Positions 45,230 to 56,397 of a DNA stretch of 64,000 bases are shown here, one piece after another; the first letter of the stretch is position 1; each line of letters opens with the position of its first letter. Where the stretch lies: positions 384,071 through 448,070 of the forward strand of contig JACKDV010000004.1 in NCBI GenBank assembly GCA_020633315.1, in the 5' to 3' direction. Both the position numbers and the translations under genes were made by a program. Source of the DNA: Myxococcales bacterium (GTDB taxonomy: Bacteria > Myxococcota_A > Polyangia > Nannocystales > Nannocystaceae). The notes under the pieces were generated by a model that saw only the letters and a list, made by a program, of their open reading frames with translations, was not told where the DNA came from and made no database searches.

Positions 45230-46089
45230 ACCGGGAGTCGAGCCTGCTCGAGCGCATCGCCGTGCACGCGGCCCTGCTGCTGGCGGTGGCCTTCGCCCTG
45301 TACCCCGTGCTGTGGGTGGTGGCGACCGCGTTCTCGGGCGCGCTCACCCCCGAGCCGCGGGCCCTGCCCGTGCCGCAGGAGCCCACCCTCGAGCACCTGC
45401 GCGAGGTGGTGGGCGGGAGCCGCGAGCTCGCCGACGGCACCACGGTGTGGCTGTTCGGCCGTCAGCTGCTCAACTCGATCATCGTGGCGGTGTCCACCGC
45501 CGCGGTGGGGGTGCTCATCGCGATCCCCACCGCCTACGCCCTGGCCCGCTTCGAGTTCCTGGGCAAGGCCGCCGGCGTGCGCTCGCTGCTGGCCACCCAG
45601 ATGTTCCCCGCGGTGGCCAGCGCCATCCCGCTCTACCTCATCCTCGACGCCCTGGGCCTGCTCAACTCCCGCACCGGCCTGGTGCTCTGCTACGCGAGCA
45701 CCTCGGTGCCCTTCGCCATCTTCCAGCTCCGCGCGGCCTTCGAGGCGATCCCCATCGACCTCGAGGAGGCGGCCATGGTCGACGGGGCCACCCGCTTCCA
45801 GGCCTTCCGCAAGGTGGTGCTGCCGGTGGCCCGCCCCGCCATCGCCGTCACCTCGCTGTTCGCGTTCATGAGCGCCTACAACGAGTTCATCCTCGCGGCC
45901 ACGCTGCTCGACGACGAGACCATGTTCACCCTGCCGGTGATGCTCCAGCGCTTCATCGGCGAGTACGATGCGCAGTGGGACAAGTTCGCCGCGGGGGCCC
46001 TGGTGGTGTCGCTGCCCGTGATGGCGCTGTTCTACCTGGTCCAGCGCCACCTGGTGGCCGGCCTGGCCTCGGGCGGGGTCAAGGGCTAG
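45226..46089 (+). CDS. ABC transporter permease (MalG-like).
   Basis: 'EEAAMVDGATRFQAFRKVVLPVARPA' EAA motif and 6 TM helices. 4-nt overlap with the upstream gene. Confidence 0.85.
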   Translation: MNRESSLLERIAVHAALLLAVAFALYPVLWVVATAFSGALTPEPRALPVPQEPTLEHLREVVGGSRELADGTTVWLFGRQLLNSIIVAVSTAAVGVLIAIPTAYALARFEFLGKAAGVRSLLATQMFPAVASAIPLYLILDALGLLNSRTGLVLCYASTSVPFAIFQLRAAFEAIPIDLEEAAMVDGATRFQAFRKVVLPVARPAIAVTSLFAFMSAYNEFILAATLLDDETMFTLPVMLQRFIGEYDAQWDKFAAGALVVSLPVMALFYLVQRHLVAGLASGGVKG

Positions 46090-46136
46090 GCGAGGCGTCC
46101 TCGGGCGAGCGCCGGGCTTCTGCTACCGTGGTCGGC

Positions 46137-46883
46137 ATGTCGTGTCGCCCCGTGGCGCTGACGCTGGTGCTCGCGCTCGCGAGCGGCTCCTCGGCGTGCA
46201 CCGAGCCCCCCACCAAGCCCCCGCCTCAGGCGGGCCCCGTCGAGCCCCGTGCCCCGGAGCCGATCCCCCCGCCCAGCACCAAGTTCGACGTGGGCGCGCC
46301 CCCGCTCGCCACGCGAGCACCTCCGCAGGGCATGGCCTCGATCTCGGTGCTCGACCCCTCGATCCGCCTCGACATCCGCTACGCGACCACGGCCAATTTC
46401 ACCGGGATGCCGCTGCCGGGCTACGTGCCAGGAGAGGCGTGGCTCACCACCGAGGCCGCGGAGGCGCTGGTGAGGGTGCAGCAGGCGCTGGCCGCCGACG
46501 ACCTGGGCCTGCTGGTCTTCGACGCCTACCGTCCCCGACGGGCCACCGAGGCGATGGTGACCTGGGCCGAGAACGCCGGGCGCCGCGAGCTGCTCGACGG
46601 AGGCTACGTGGCCCGCGACAGCAACCACAACCGCGGCAACACGGTCGACCTCACCCTGGTGTCGCTGCAGACGGGCCGCGAGCTCGACATGGGCAGCGCG
46701 TGGGACACCTTCTCGAAGGCGAGCCACTACGCGGCGGCCAAGGGCGAGGCGATGGCCAACCGCAAGCGCCTGCGCAAGGCGATGAGCGCCCAGGGCTTCG
46801 AGCCCTACGAGCTCGAGTGGTGGCACTTCACGCTGCCCTCCGATCCCTCGCCGCCGGTGCGCGACGAGGCCTACGGGCCCTGA
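46137..46883 (+). CDS. ddpX: D-Ala-D-Ala dipeptidase (peptidase M15D, VanX/DdpX-like), lipoprotein.
   Basis: 'LTLVLALASGSSAC' lipobox. 'LLVFDAYRPRRAT', 'SNHNRGNTVDLTL', 'EWWHF' match the DdpX/VanX catalytic motifs. Confidence 0.85.
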   Translation: MSCRPVALTLVLALASGSSACTEPPTKPPPQAGPVEPRAPEPIPPPSTKFDVGAPPLATRAPPQGMASISVLDPSIRLDIRYATTANFTGMPLPGYVPGEAWLTTEAAEALVRVQQALAADDLGLLVFDAYRPRRATEAMVTWAENAGRRELLDGGYVARDSNHNRGNTVDLTLVSLQTGRELDMGSAWDTFSKASHYAAAKGEAMANRKRLRKAMSAQGFEPYELEWWHFTLPSDPSPPVRDEAYGP

Positions 46884-47257
46884 GCGGCCGCGCCTCGCCG
46901 CCGGCAGCCGCGGCCGGGCACGGGATCGAGCCCGAGTGCCTCGCCGCCGGGGAGCTCGAGCATCCCCAGCGTCTCCACGTCGTCGATCTCGATGATCTCG
47001 ATCGTCTCGTCCTCGGCCAGCGGCGACTCGTCCCCTTCGGGCGATGGCTCGTCCGGGATCGACTCGAGCCAGCGATCGAGCTCGGAGTCGCAGGGGATCT
47101 CGAAGCCCTCGGCGTCGTGGCACAGCGAGCCCGGCAGCTCGAGCTCCGCCACCTGCGGGGCGCAGGCGGCGAGGGTGGCCAGGCCCAGGCCGGCGACCAG
47201 GGGGCGGGCCCGGCGGGCATGGACGGGGCGGGGGACGATCGAGAGCGTGCGGCGCAT
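46871..47257 (-). CDS. Small acidic lipoprotein (hypothetical).
   Basis: 'LVAGLGLATLAAC' lipobox. Acidic C-terminal part. GC3 high. Start trimmed to Met at 47257. Its 3' end overlaps the ddpX stop by 13 nt. Confidence 0.4.
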   Translation of the reverse strand: MRRTLSIVPRPVHARRARPLVAGLGLATLAACAPQVAELELPGSLCHDAEGFEIPCDSELDRWLESIPDEPSPEGDESPLAEDETIEIIEIDDVETLGMLELPGGEALGLDPVPGRGCRRRGAAAQGP

Positions 47258-47474
47258 GGCGAGTCTCGAGCGGTCCCACGGACGAGGCGTCGCTGGGTTT
47301 CCACGAGGGCCTCGGCGGGCTCGTGTCGGCCGCGTCAGCCTCGGCACCAACTCGGCACGGCGTGCGTGGGCACGTGCGTACACGCTCCCACGAAATCGAT
47401 CGCGAGCCGGCATCGCGGCTCGACCTCGCGATCGACTGGGCTATCGTTGCTCGCGTAGGGCGACGAGGATCGTG

Positions 47475-48101
47475 ATGCTCCGAGGGTGCGTGGTGATGGG
47501 CCTGCTGGCGGCAGGCGCGGTCGGCTGTCATGGGCGCGGCGCGAGCAGCGAGCCGGAGCCCGCCCGCTCCGCGGCCGACTGCGACCCCCTGTTCGGCTGC
47601 GACGACCTGCTGGGCGGCTCCACCGTCCGCCAGCACAGCATGCAGGCCGCCAGCTTCACCGCGCTGTCGGCGGGCTGCCCCATGGCCCCCGAGCAGGTGC
47701 CTCCGCTCGACGAGCTCGGTGACGACTCGATCCCCCAGCTCGATCGCTCGCGCTCGCGTCGCTCCAACTTCCACCGCGGCGACGAGAGCCTGCAGGAGGT
47801 CGACCTGCATGAGCACCTCATGGGCATGCAGGGACAGATCTTCGCCTGCGTGGACCTTGCGGCCTGCTACGACGACGGGGCCGAGCTGTCCGGCAGCGGC
47901 GAGCTCGACTTCGAATTCGAGCTCACCCACGAGGGGCGCGTGGCTGCGGTCTCGGTCACCGCCTCGCCCGGGCTCGACCACCCGAGCGTGATCGCCTGCG
48001 CTCGCCGGGCGATGTTCGAGTACCGATTCCCCAGCTACGACGGCGGCCAGATGATGATCAGCTACAGCATGACCATCGAGGCGGTCGACGGTGACGCCTA
48101 G
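47475..48101 (+). CDS. Hypothetical lipoprotein.
   Basis: 'MLRGCVVMGLLAAGAVGC' signal plus lipobox. ~208 aa. High GC3. Confidence 0.5.
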   Translation: MLRGCVVMGLLAAGAVGCHGRGASSEPEPARSAADCDPLFGCDDLLGGSTVRQHSMQAASFTALSAGCPMAPEQVPPLDELGDDSIPQLDRSRSRRSNFHRGDESLQEVDLHEHLMGMQGQIFACVDLAACYDDGAELSGSGELDFEFELTHEGRVAAVSVTASPGLDHPSVIACARRAMFEYRFPSYDGGQMMISYSMTIEAVDGDA

Positions 48102-48134
48102 CCCACGGTAGGCTCCCGGCCCGCGGAGGTCTCC

Positions 48135-49136
48135 GTGCGCCGTTCGACGATCCCTGCTGCCATCCTCGCGCTCGCTGCGGCGTGCTACTCGGGCACCTTC
48201 GACGCGAGCGGACCCGACGGCTCGTCGTCGTCCTCGGGCCCGGGCACCAGCGTGGCCACCACTGCCCCCGCGACCACCACGCCCGGCACCGGCCCGCTCA
48301 CCGGCGACCCCAGCGGCTCGGGTCCCGCCACGACCGCGGCCGACGAGGACTCCACCACCGCGGCCGTGGCCGACCTCGGCCCCGTGGTCGAGCCGTGCCC
48401 CGACACCGCCTTCTGCGAGCCTTTCGACGACTACACCGAGGTCGCGCTCGCCGACGGCCAGACCTTCGGTCCCTGGCGCGCCACGCTGAGCGCCTCCGGG
48501 GCGATCATGGATCTCGACGGGGCCCACACCACCTCGGGCGATCGGGCGCTGCACGTGCGCCTCGAGCAGGGCGGCACCTCGGGCGGCCGCCTGTTCACCA
48601 ACGGCGGGGTGCCGCTGCTCGAGGGCTCGCCCACCCACGTCTACGGCCGCCTCATGATGTACATCGCCGACAACGGCACCAGCGTGCACTGGACCTTCTT
48701 CGGCGCCCAGGGCCCGGCCGAGCCCAGCGCCCCGATCCCGGGCAGCTCTGCGTCCTACATCATGAGCTCGCTGCCCGCCGATGGGATGAACACCTATAGC
48801 TTCGTCGACGGGCTCTCGGGCGGGCCCGACTACCAGGACTGCTGGGCGCGGGGCGATCAGCCGATGCCCACCGGCGAGTGGACCTGCGTGTCGTTCGAGA
48901 TGGACGGGCTCTCCCGACGCCTGCGGATGTACCTCGATGGTGATCCCACCCCGGTCGTCGCGGTCGACGACACCGGCCAGGGCTGCGTGGCGCCGGTGCC
49001 CGGCGACTCGCTGTGGTACGGGCCGCTCATCGAGCGGATGTTCGTGGGCACCTGGAGCTTCCACCCGATGGACGCGCCGCTCGAGGTGTGGATCGACGAT
49101 CTGGTCGTCGACACCGCCCCGGTCGCCTGCCCCTGA
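48135..49136 (+). CDS. Hypothetical lipoprotein with a Ser/Thr/Gly linker and a ~230-aa beta-rich domain.
   Basis: GTG start with a GGAGGT RBS 4 nt upstream. 'AAILALAAAC' lipobox. Confidence 0.6.
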   Translation: MRRSTIPAAILALAAACYSGTFDASGPDGSSSSSGPGTSVATTAPATTTPGTGPLTGDPSGSGPATTAADEDSTTAAVADLGPVVEPCPDTAFCEPFDDYTEVALADGQTFGPWRATLSASGAIMDLDGAHTTSGDRALHVRLEQGGTSGGRLFTNGGVPLLEGSPTHVYGRLMMYIADNGTSVHWTFFGAQGPAEPSAPIPGSSASYIMSSLPADGMNTYSFVDGLSGGPDYQDCWARGDQPMPTGEWTCVSFEMDGLSRRLRMYLDGDPTPVVAVDDTGQGCVAPVPGDSLWYGPLIERMFVGTWSFHPMDAPLEVWIDDLVVDTAPVACP

Positions 49137-49279
49137 GGCGCGGGCTCGACCCTCGAGCGGGGCGTGGCGGGCGTGGGGCGGGCCGTGGGCGTCCATACTC
49201 GGGCTCGCGCCGAGGCGCGAGATCGCGGCATCGGGCCCGCCATGGTCACGCGCACGGAGGCGAGCTAGCCTGACGCTGG

Positions 49280-50683
49280 ATGCGGCCCGATTCCGTCGTT
49301 CGGATCTTCGTCACCACCCAGGAGCCCGACTACGACAACCCGTGGCAGGCATCGTCGCCGTCGCGTGGGACCGGCTCCGGCGTGGTGATCGGGCCGCGGA
49401 GGGTCCTCACCGGCGCGCACGTGGTGGCCGACGCCACCTTCATCCGGGCCCAGACCACGACCTCGCCCGACAAGTTCACCGCCCGCCTGGTCGGCATCTG
49501 CCACGACGCCGACCTCGCCCTGCTCGAGGTGGACGACCCGGCCTTCATGGACGGGGTGGAGATCGCCGAGCTCGGCGAGCTGCCCTCGCGCGGCGACAAG
49601 GTCTCGGTGGTGGGCTTCCCGGTGGGCGGCGAGGAGATCTCGGTGACCGAGGGGGTCGTCTCGCGCATCGAGATCCAGCGCTACTCCCACTCCGATCGCA
49701 CCCTGCTCGCGGTCACCGTGGACGCGGCGATCAACAGCGGCAACAGCGGGGGCCCCGTGTTCCTCGACGGGCGCGTGGCCGGGGTCGCGTTCCAGAGCCT
49801 CGACGACGCGGAGAACGTGGGCGAGATGGTGCCCGTCTCGCTGGTGCGTCGCTTCCTCTCCGGGGTGGATCAGGACCGCCCGCTGGCCATCCCCGGGCTG
49901 GGCTTCCTGGGGCAGACCCTCGAGAACCCCACCCTGCGCGCGTCCCTGGGGATGGGCCCGAGCGACAGCGGGGTGCTGGTGCGCTCGGTCGCCTACGGCG
50001 GCTCGGTCCACGGCCGGGTGCGGAGTGGCGACGTGCTGATGGAGATCGACGGCTACCCGATCGCCAACAACGGCACCATCCAGTACCTGGGGCAGCACCG
50101 CACCGGCTACGTGGTGGTGCTCGGCGATCACTACGTGGGCGACGAGCTGTCGCTGGTGCTGCTGCGCGGCGGTGAGCGCCACGAGCTGGAGATCACCCTC
50201 GGCGAGCCGACCCCGCTGGTCGCCCACAGCCAGTACGACGTGGACCCGCGCTACTTCGTCTACGGCGGCCTGGTGTTCCAGCCGCTGTCGATGAACTTCC
50301 TGGCCACCTGGGATCGCTGGTGGAACCACGCGCCCAAGGAGTTCCTCTACCACTTCCACTTCGGGATCCCCACCGAGGACCGGCGCGAGGTGGTGGCGCT
50401 CACCCAGGTGCTGGCCGACGAGGTCAACGTGGGCTACGAGTCGCGCTACTGCGAGTCGGTGGTGGCCGTCGACGGCCACAAGCCCCGCGACCTCGAGGAC
50501 TTCGTTCGACGGGTGGAGGCGGCCGAGGGGATCCTGCGCCTCGAGATGTCGAGCGGGTGCTCGGTGGTGCTCGACGTGGCGGCCGTGCGCGCGGCCCAGC
50601 CGCGGGTGCTCGAGCGCTACCGGATCCCGCGCGACCGCTCGGAGCGGCTGAGCGCGGGTCCGGTCGCGGTCCCCGAGCCGTAG
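49280..50683 (+). CDS. Trypsin-like (S1C, HtrA/Do-family-like) serine protease with C-terminal PDZ-like region. No signal peptide.
   Basis: 'VLTGAHVV' (His), 'DADLALLEV' (Asp), 'GNSGGPVF' (Ser) catalytic triad motifs. Confidence 0.8.
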   Translation: MRPDSVVRIFVTTQEPDYDNPWQASSPSRGTGSGVVIGPRRVLTGAHVVADATFIRAQTTTSPDKFTARLVGICHDADLALLEVDDPAFMDGVEIAELGELPSRGDKVSVVGFPVGGEEISVTEGVVSRIEIQRYSHSDRTLLAVTVDAAINSGNSGGPVFLDGRVAGVAFQSLDDAENVGEMVPVSLVRRFLSGVDQDRPLAIPGLGFLGQTLENPTLRASLGMGPSDSGVLVRSVAYGGSVHGRVRSGDVLMEIDGYPIANNGTIQYLGQHRTGYVVVLGDHYVGDELSLVLLRGGERHELEITLGEPTPLVAHSQYDVDPRYFVYGGLVFQPLSMNFLATWDRWWNHAPKEFLYHFHFGIPTEDRREVVALTQVLADEVNVGYESRYCESVVAVDGHKPRDLEDFVRRVEAAEGILRLEMSSGCSVVLDVAAVRAAQPRVLERYRIPRDRSERLSAGPVAVPEP

Positions 50684-50704
50684 CCGTAGGCCCGGCCGCG
50701 GCGG

Positions 50705-51838
50705 CTAGCCGCCCACGAAGCCGTCCAGCCCCGCGAGGCGCTCCACGTGGTGCTGCTCGTCGCCCAGCATGGTGTTGAGGGCCAGCATCCGCTTGAAGTA
50801 GAGGCCGATGTCGTGCTCGTCGGTGATCCCGATGCCGCCGTGGAGCTGGATGGCCTGCTGCGAGACGAAGCGGCCGGCGCTGCCCAGCTTGGCCTTGGCG
50901 GCGCTCACCGAGCGCCGGCGCAGCTCGTCGTCGGCCTCGTCGGCGCGCAGCGAGGCCATCATCGACATGGAGCGCAGCAGCTGCACCTCCACGAACATGT
51001 CCACCGCCCGGTGCTGCAGCACCTGGAAGCTGCCGATGGGCACCCCGAACTGCTCGCGCTCCTTGAGGTGGGCCACCGTCATGTCGAGCATGGCCTGCGC
51101 CACGCCCAGGCCCTCGGCGCAGGCGGCCGCGGCCCCCAGGTCGAGCACCCGCTGGAGCACCGCGAGCGAGGCCGGCCCCGGCTCGCCCAGGCGGCGATCG
51201 TCCTCCACCACGGCGCCGTCGAGGCGCAGCCGCGCCGCGCCGTGACCGTCGATGGTCCGCAGCGGGCGTCGATCCACCCCGGGTCCGTCCGCGTCGACCA
51301 CGAACAGGCCGAGGCCGTCGGGGGTGCTCGCCGAGACCACGAGCTGGTCGGCGGCCTGACCCCCGAGCACGAAGACCTTCTCGCCGCTCAGGGCCCAGCC
51401 CTTGCCCTCGCGCGTCGCGCTGAGCCGCGGCTGGCTCGCGTCGTAGCGGCCGTCTCGCTCGGCCCAGGCCAGGGCGAGCACCGACTGCCCCTCGATCATC
51501 GGCGCGAGCCAGCGCTCGTGCTGTGCCTCGCTGCCGGCGCGGGCCAGCGCCAGGCCGGCGAGCACCACCGAGGCCAGGTAGGGCTCGGGCGCGAGCGCCT
51601 TGCCCAGGCCCTCGAGGATGATCGCGACCTCCACCGGGCCGCCGCCGAAGCCCCCCGCCTCCTCGGGGAAGGGCACCGACAGCCAGCCCAGCTCGCCCAT
51701 GTGGGCCCAGACCTCGGGGTCGTGCGGCTGGCCGGCGGCGCGGAGCTTGCGGAAGCGCTCGACCGGCGAGCGCTGCTTGACGAAGGACGCGACCGTCTCG
51801 GCCAGCATCTTCTGTTCGGGCGTGGGCTCGAAGTCCAT
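50705..51838 (-). CDS. Acyl-CoA dehydrogenase-family protein, second of a pair.
   Basis: ACAD C-terminal helical domain 'LGSAGRFVSQQAIQLHGGIGITDEHDIGLYFKRM'. Starts 11 nt after the upstream ACAD stop. Confidence 0.85.
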   Translation of the reverse strand: MDFEPTPEQKMLAETVASFVKQRSPVERFRKLRAAGQPHDPEVWAHMGELGWLSVPFPEEAGGFGGGPVEVAIILEGLGKALAPEPYLASVVLAGLALARAGSEAQHERWLAPMIEGQSVLALAWAERDGRYDASQPRLSATREGKGWALSGEKVFVLGGQAADQLVVSASTPDGLGLFVVDADGPGVDRRPLRTIDGHGAARLRLDGAVVEDDRRLGEPGPASLAVLQRVLDLGAAAACAEGLGVAQAMLDMTVAHLKEREQFGVPIGSFQVLQHRAVDMFVEVQLLRSMSMMASLRADEADDELRRRSVSAAKAKLGSAGRFVSQQAIQLHGGIGITDEHDIGLYFKRMLALNTMLGDEQHHVERLAGLDGFVGG

Positions 51839-51849
51839 GGCTCGTCCCT

Positions 51850-53034
<1,185 letters not shown>

Positions 53035-53241
53035 CGACCGGATTCTACCGGAGAGTCGGCGCTTGTCTACCGAACGGTCGTACGGGCGAGATGCTCCCGG
53101 AACACGGCTCTGGGAGCGCCTGGCCCGGGGGAGGGCCCGAGCCGAGACCACGACGCGCAGCGGGCGACCCTTCGAAAGGGAGCGAGCGCGCCGGCTGGGG
53201 GCACGGCGCGCTCGAGGGTCGGTCGATGGCCCGAGGGGTCG

Positions 53242-53685
53242 TCAGCGGGCTTGGAGCTGACCGCCGACGAAGCGAAGCGCATCGACGGTCGTGAAGATCC
53301 CGGCCACGTGCCCGTGCTCGTCGAGGACCACCGCGGCCTCCGTCTGGGTGGCGAGCAGGCAGCGCGCGACGATGTCGAGCGGCGTGTCGGGGGTGCAGAC
53401 GTAGGGCGGGGATCCGGTCTTGATCTCACCCAAGGTCAGGGGCCCCGTGCTCCGGCCGAGGCCGCGGTAGACCTCGAGGTCGCGTGTGGTCACCACGCCG
53501 ACCAGGCGGCCGCGGTCGAGGACGGGAAGGTGGCGGACGCCGGCGCGGAGCATCAGCTCCTGGGCGTCGGTGATGGGCAGGTCGGCCCGTGCCGTCACCG
53601 GATCGATCGTCATCACGCGACCCACCTCGATCGAGTCGGGTGATCGAGGCTTGGTCGAGAGGTACGAGCGATCCAGGGCGAGCAT
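53242..53685 (-). CDS. CBS-pair domain protein.
   Basis: 'VGRVMTIDPVTARADLPITDAQELMLRAGVRHLPVLDRGRLVGVVTTRDL' plus a second CBS unit. An alternative start lies at 53613. Confidence 0.7.
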   Translation of the reverse strand: MLALDRSYLSTKPRSPDSIEVGRVMTIDPVTARADLPITDAQELMLRAGVRHLPVLDRGRLVGVVTTRDLEVYRGLGRSTGPLTLGEIKTGSPPYVCTPDTPLDIVARCLLATQTEAAVVLDEHGHVAGIFTTVDALRFVGGQLQAR

Positions 53686-54242
53686 GGGAACGAGAGGCGG
53701 TCTAGACGCCGTGGAGGGCCGGGGACAGGAGGCGAGCGGAGGACGGGGTGCCTTGATCGAGTGTCATGACGAGCTCGCCTCTCGCCAGCATGACCGGGAG
53801 GGTGCTCGTCGGGGCTCGCATGATCTGCGGAACGCGACGCAAGACCACCATGGTGAGCGGGTTCTCGAAGAGGTTGGAGCCCGGCAGTCGGCACCAGCGG
53901 GCGCGTGACTCGGAGGGGGAATGGTCACACGTGCTGGAGACCGACCACCGGGCTCGGCGGGGCTCCTTCCAAGGAGACGTCCGCCATCACCCAGAGAGAA
54001 GGAGGTGATGGAGGACGTCGGGGGTGGAGGGATGTGGGCTCAGACTAGTCATCGATGGCCCACATCGCCAGGGGACGACGTTCGCAAAGCTTGCGCTCCG
54101 CCGCGACCATCGCCGCGCGAGTTTCCGGTGCGTGTGGGGGCTCCGCGAGGCAGCCCACGACGCAAAGATTGCTCGCAGGTGGGCATGGCGAGGCTTCCTT
54201 CTTCGCTCGATGGCATCGGGGGCGCACCGCAGATTGGGCTCG

Positions 54243-55658
<1,416 letters not shown>

Positions 55659-55783
55659 GCCGGGCGCGGGCTGGGGGCGCGCCCGACCGACCGGGGGGCG
55701 CGCCACCGGGAGCGTGTGCATCCTCGCTTGCCGGCGCGGTGGCCAAGCGCCCGGAGGTTGCGGCATAACCCGCGCCCATCGAG

Positions 55784-56395
55784 ATGCGCATCCGCGTCGA
55801 GATCGAGCGCCCCGCTCCCCGCCACCTCCAGCCCGCCATCGATGCGATGCGCCGGGACGGCGTGATCATCTATCCGACCGACACCGGCTATGCGTACGGC
55901 TGTGCGCTGTCGAGTCTCAAGGGGATCGGCCGGATCCGCAAGCTCAAGGGCTACACGGACAAGCACCCCAAGCCCCTGACCATGCTCGTCAACGAGATCG
56001 CCGAGCTCGGTCGCTACGGTCACATGGGCAACCGGGTGTTCCGGGTGGTGCGGCGGCTGCTGCCCGGCCCCTACACCATGGTGCTGTCGGCCACCAACGA
56101 GGTGCCGCGGCAGATGAAGAACCGCTGGCACGAGGTGGGCATGCGGGTGCCCGACCACCTGGTGTGCCGCATGCTGGTGGACATGCTCGGCGAGCCCCTG
56201 CTCACGGGCTCGCTCACCTCGTCCGACGCGCAGTTCGAGCTCGAGGAGCCGGAGCTCTACGAGCAGCGCTACGCTCGCGACGTGCAGGTGGTGGTGGACG
56301 GCGGGCCGCTGTGGCCCGAGCCCTCCACCGTGCTCAAGCTGGTCGACGACGAGATCGAGGTGCTGCGCGAGGGCCAGGGCGCGCTGCCCGAGTAG
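55784..56395 (+). CDS. YrdC/Sua5-family (L-threonylcarbamoyladenylate synthase-like) protein, short YciO-type.
   Basis: 'IIYPTDTGYAYGC', 'KPLTMLV', 'GPYTMVL..TNE' YrdC-fold motifs. ~200 aa. Confidence 0.8.
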   Translation: MRIRVEIERPAPRHLQPAIDAMRRDGVIIYPTDTGYAYGCALSSLKGIGRIRKLKGYTDKHPKPLTMLVNEIAELGRYGHMGNRVFRVVRRLLPGPYTMVLSATNEVPRQMKNRWHEVGMRVPDHLVCRMLVDMLGEPLLTGSLTSSDAQFELEEPELYEQRYARDVQVVVDGGPLWPEPSTVLKLVDDEIEVLREGQGALPE

Positions 56396-56397
56396 GG

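Noticed and set aside
46086-49196. 1036-aa minus ORF and other long antisense ORFs over 46.1-49.2 kb.
   Set aside because: Antisense to four motif- or lipobox-supported plus-strand genes. Arg/Gly/Ala/His low complexity.
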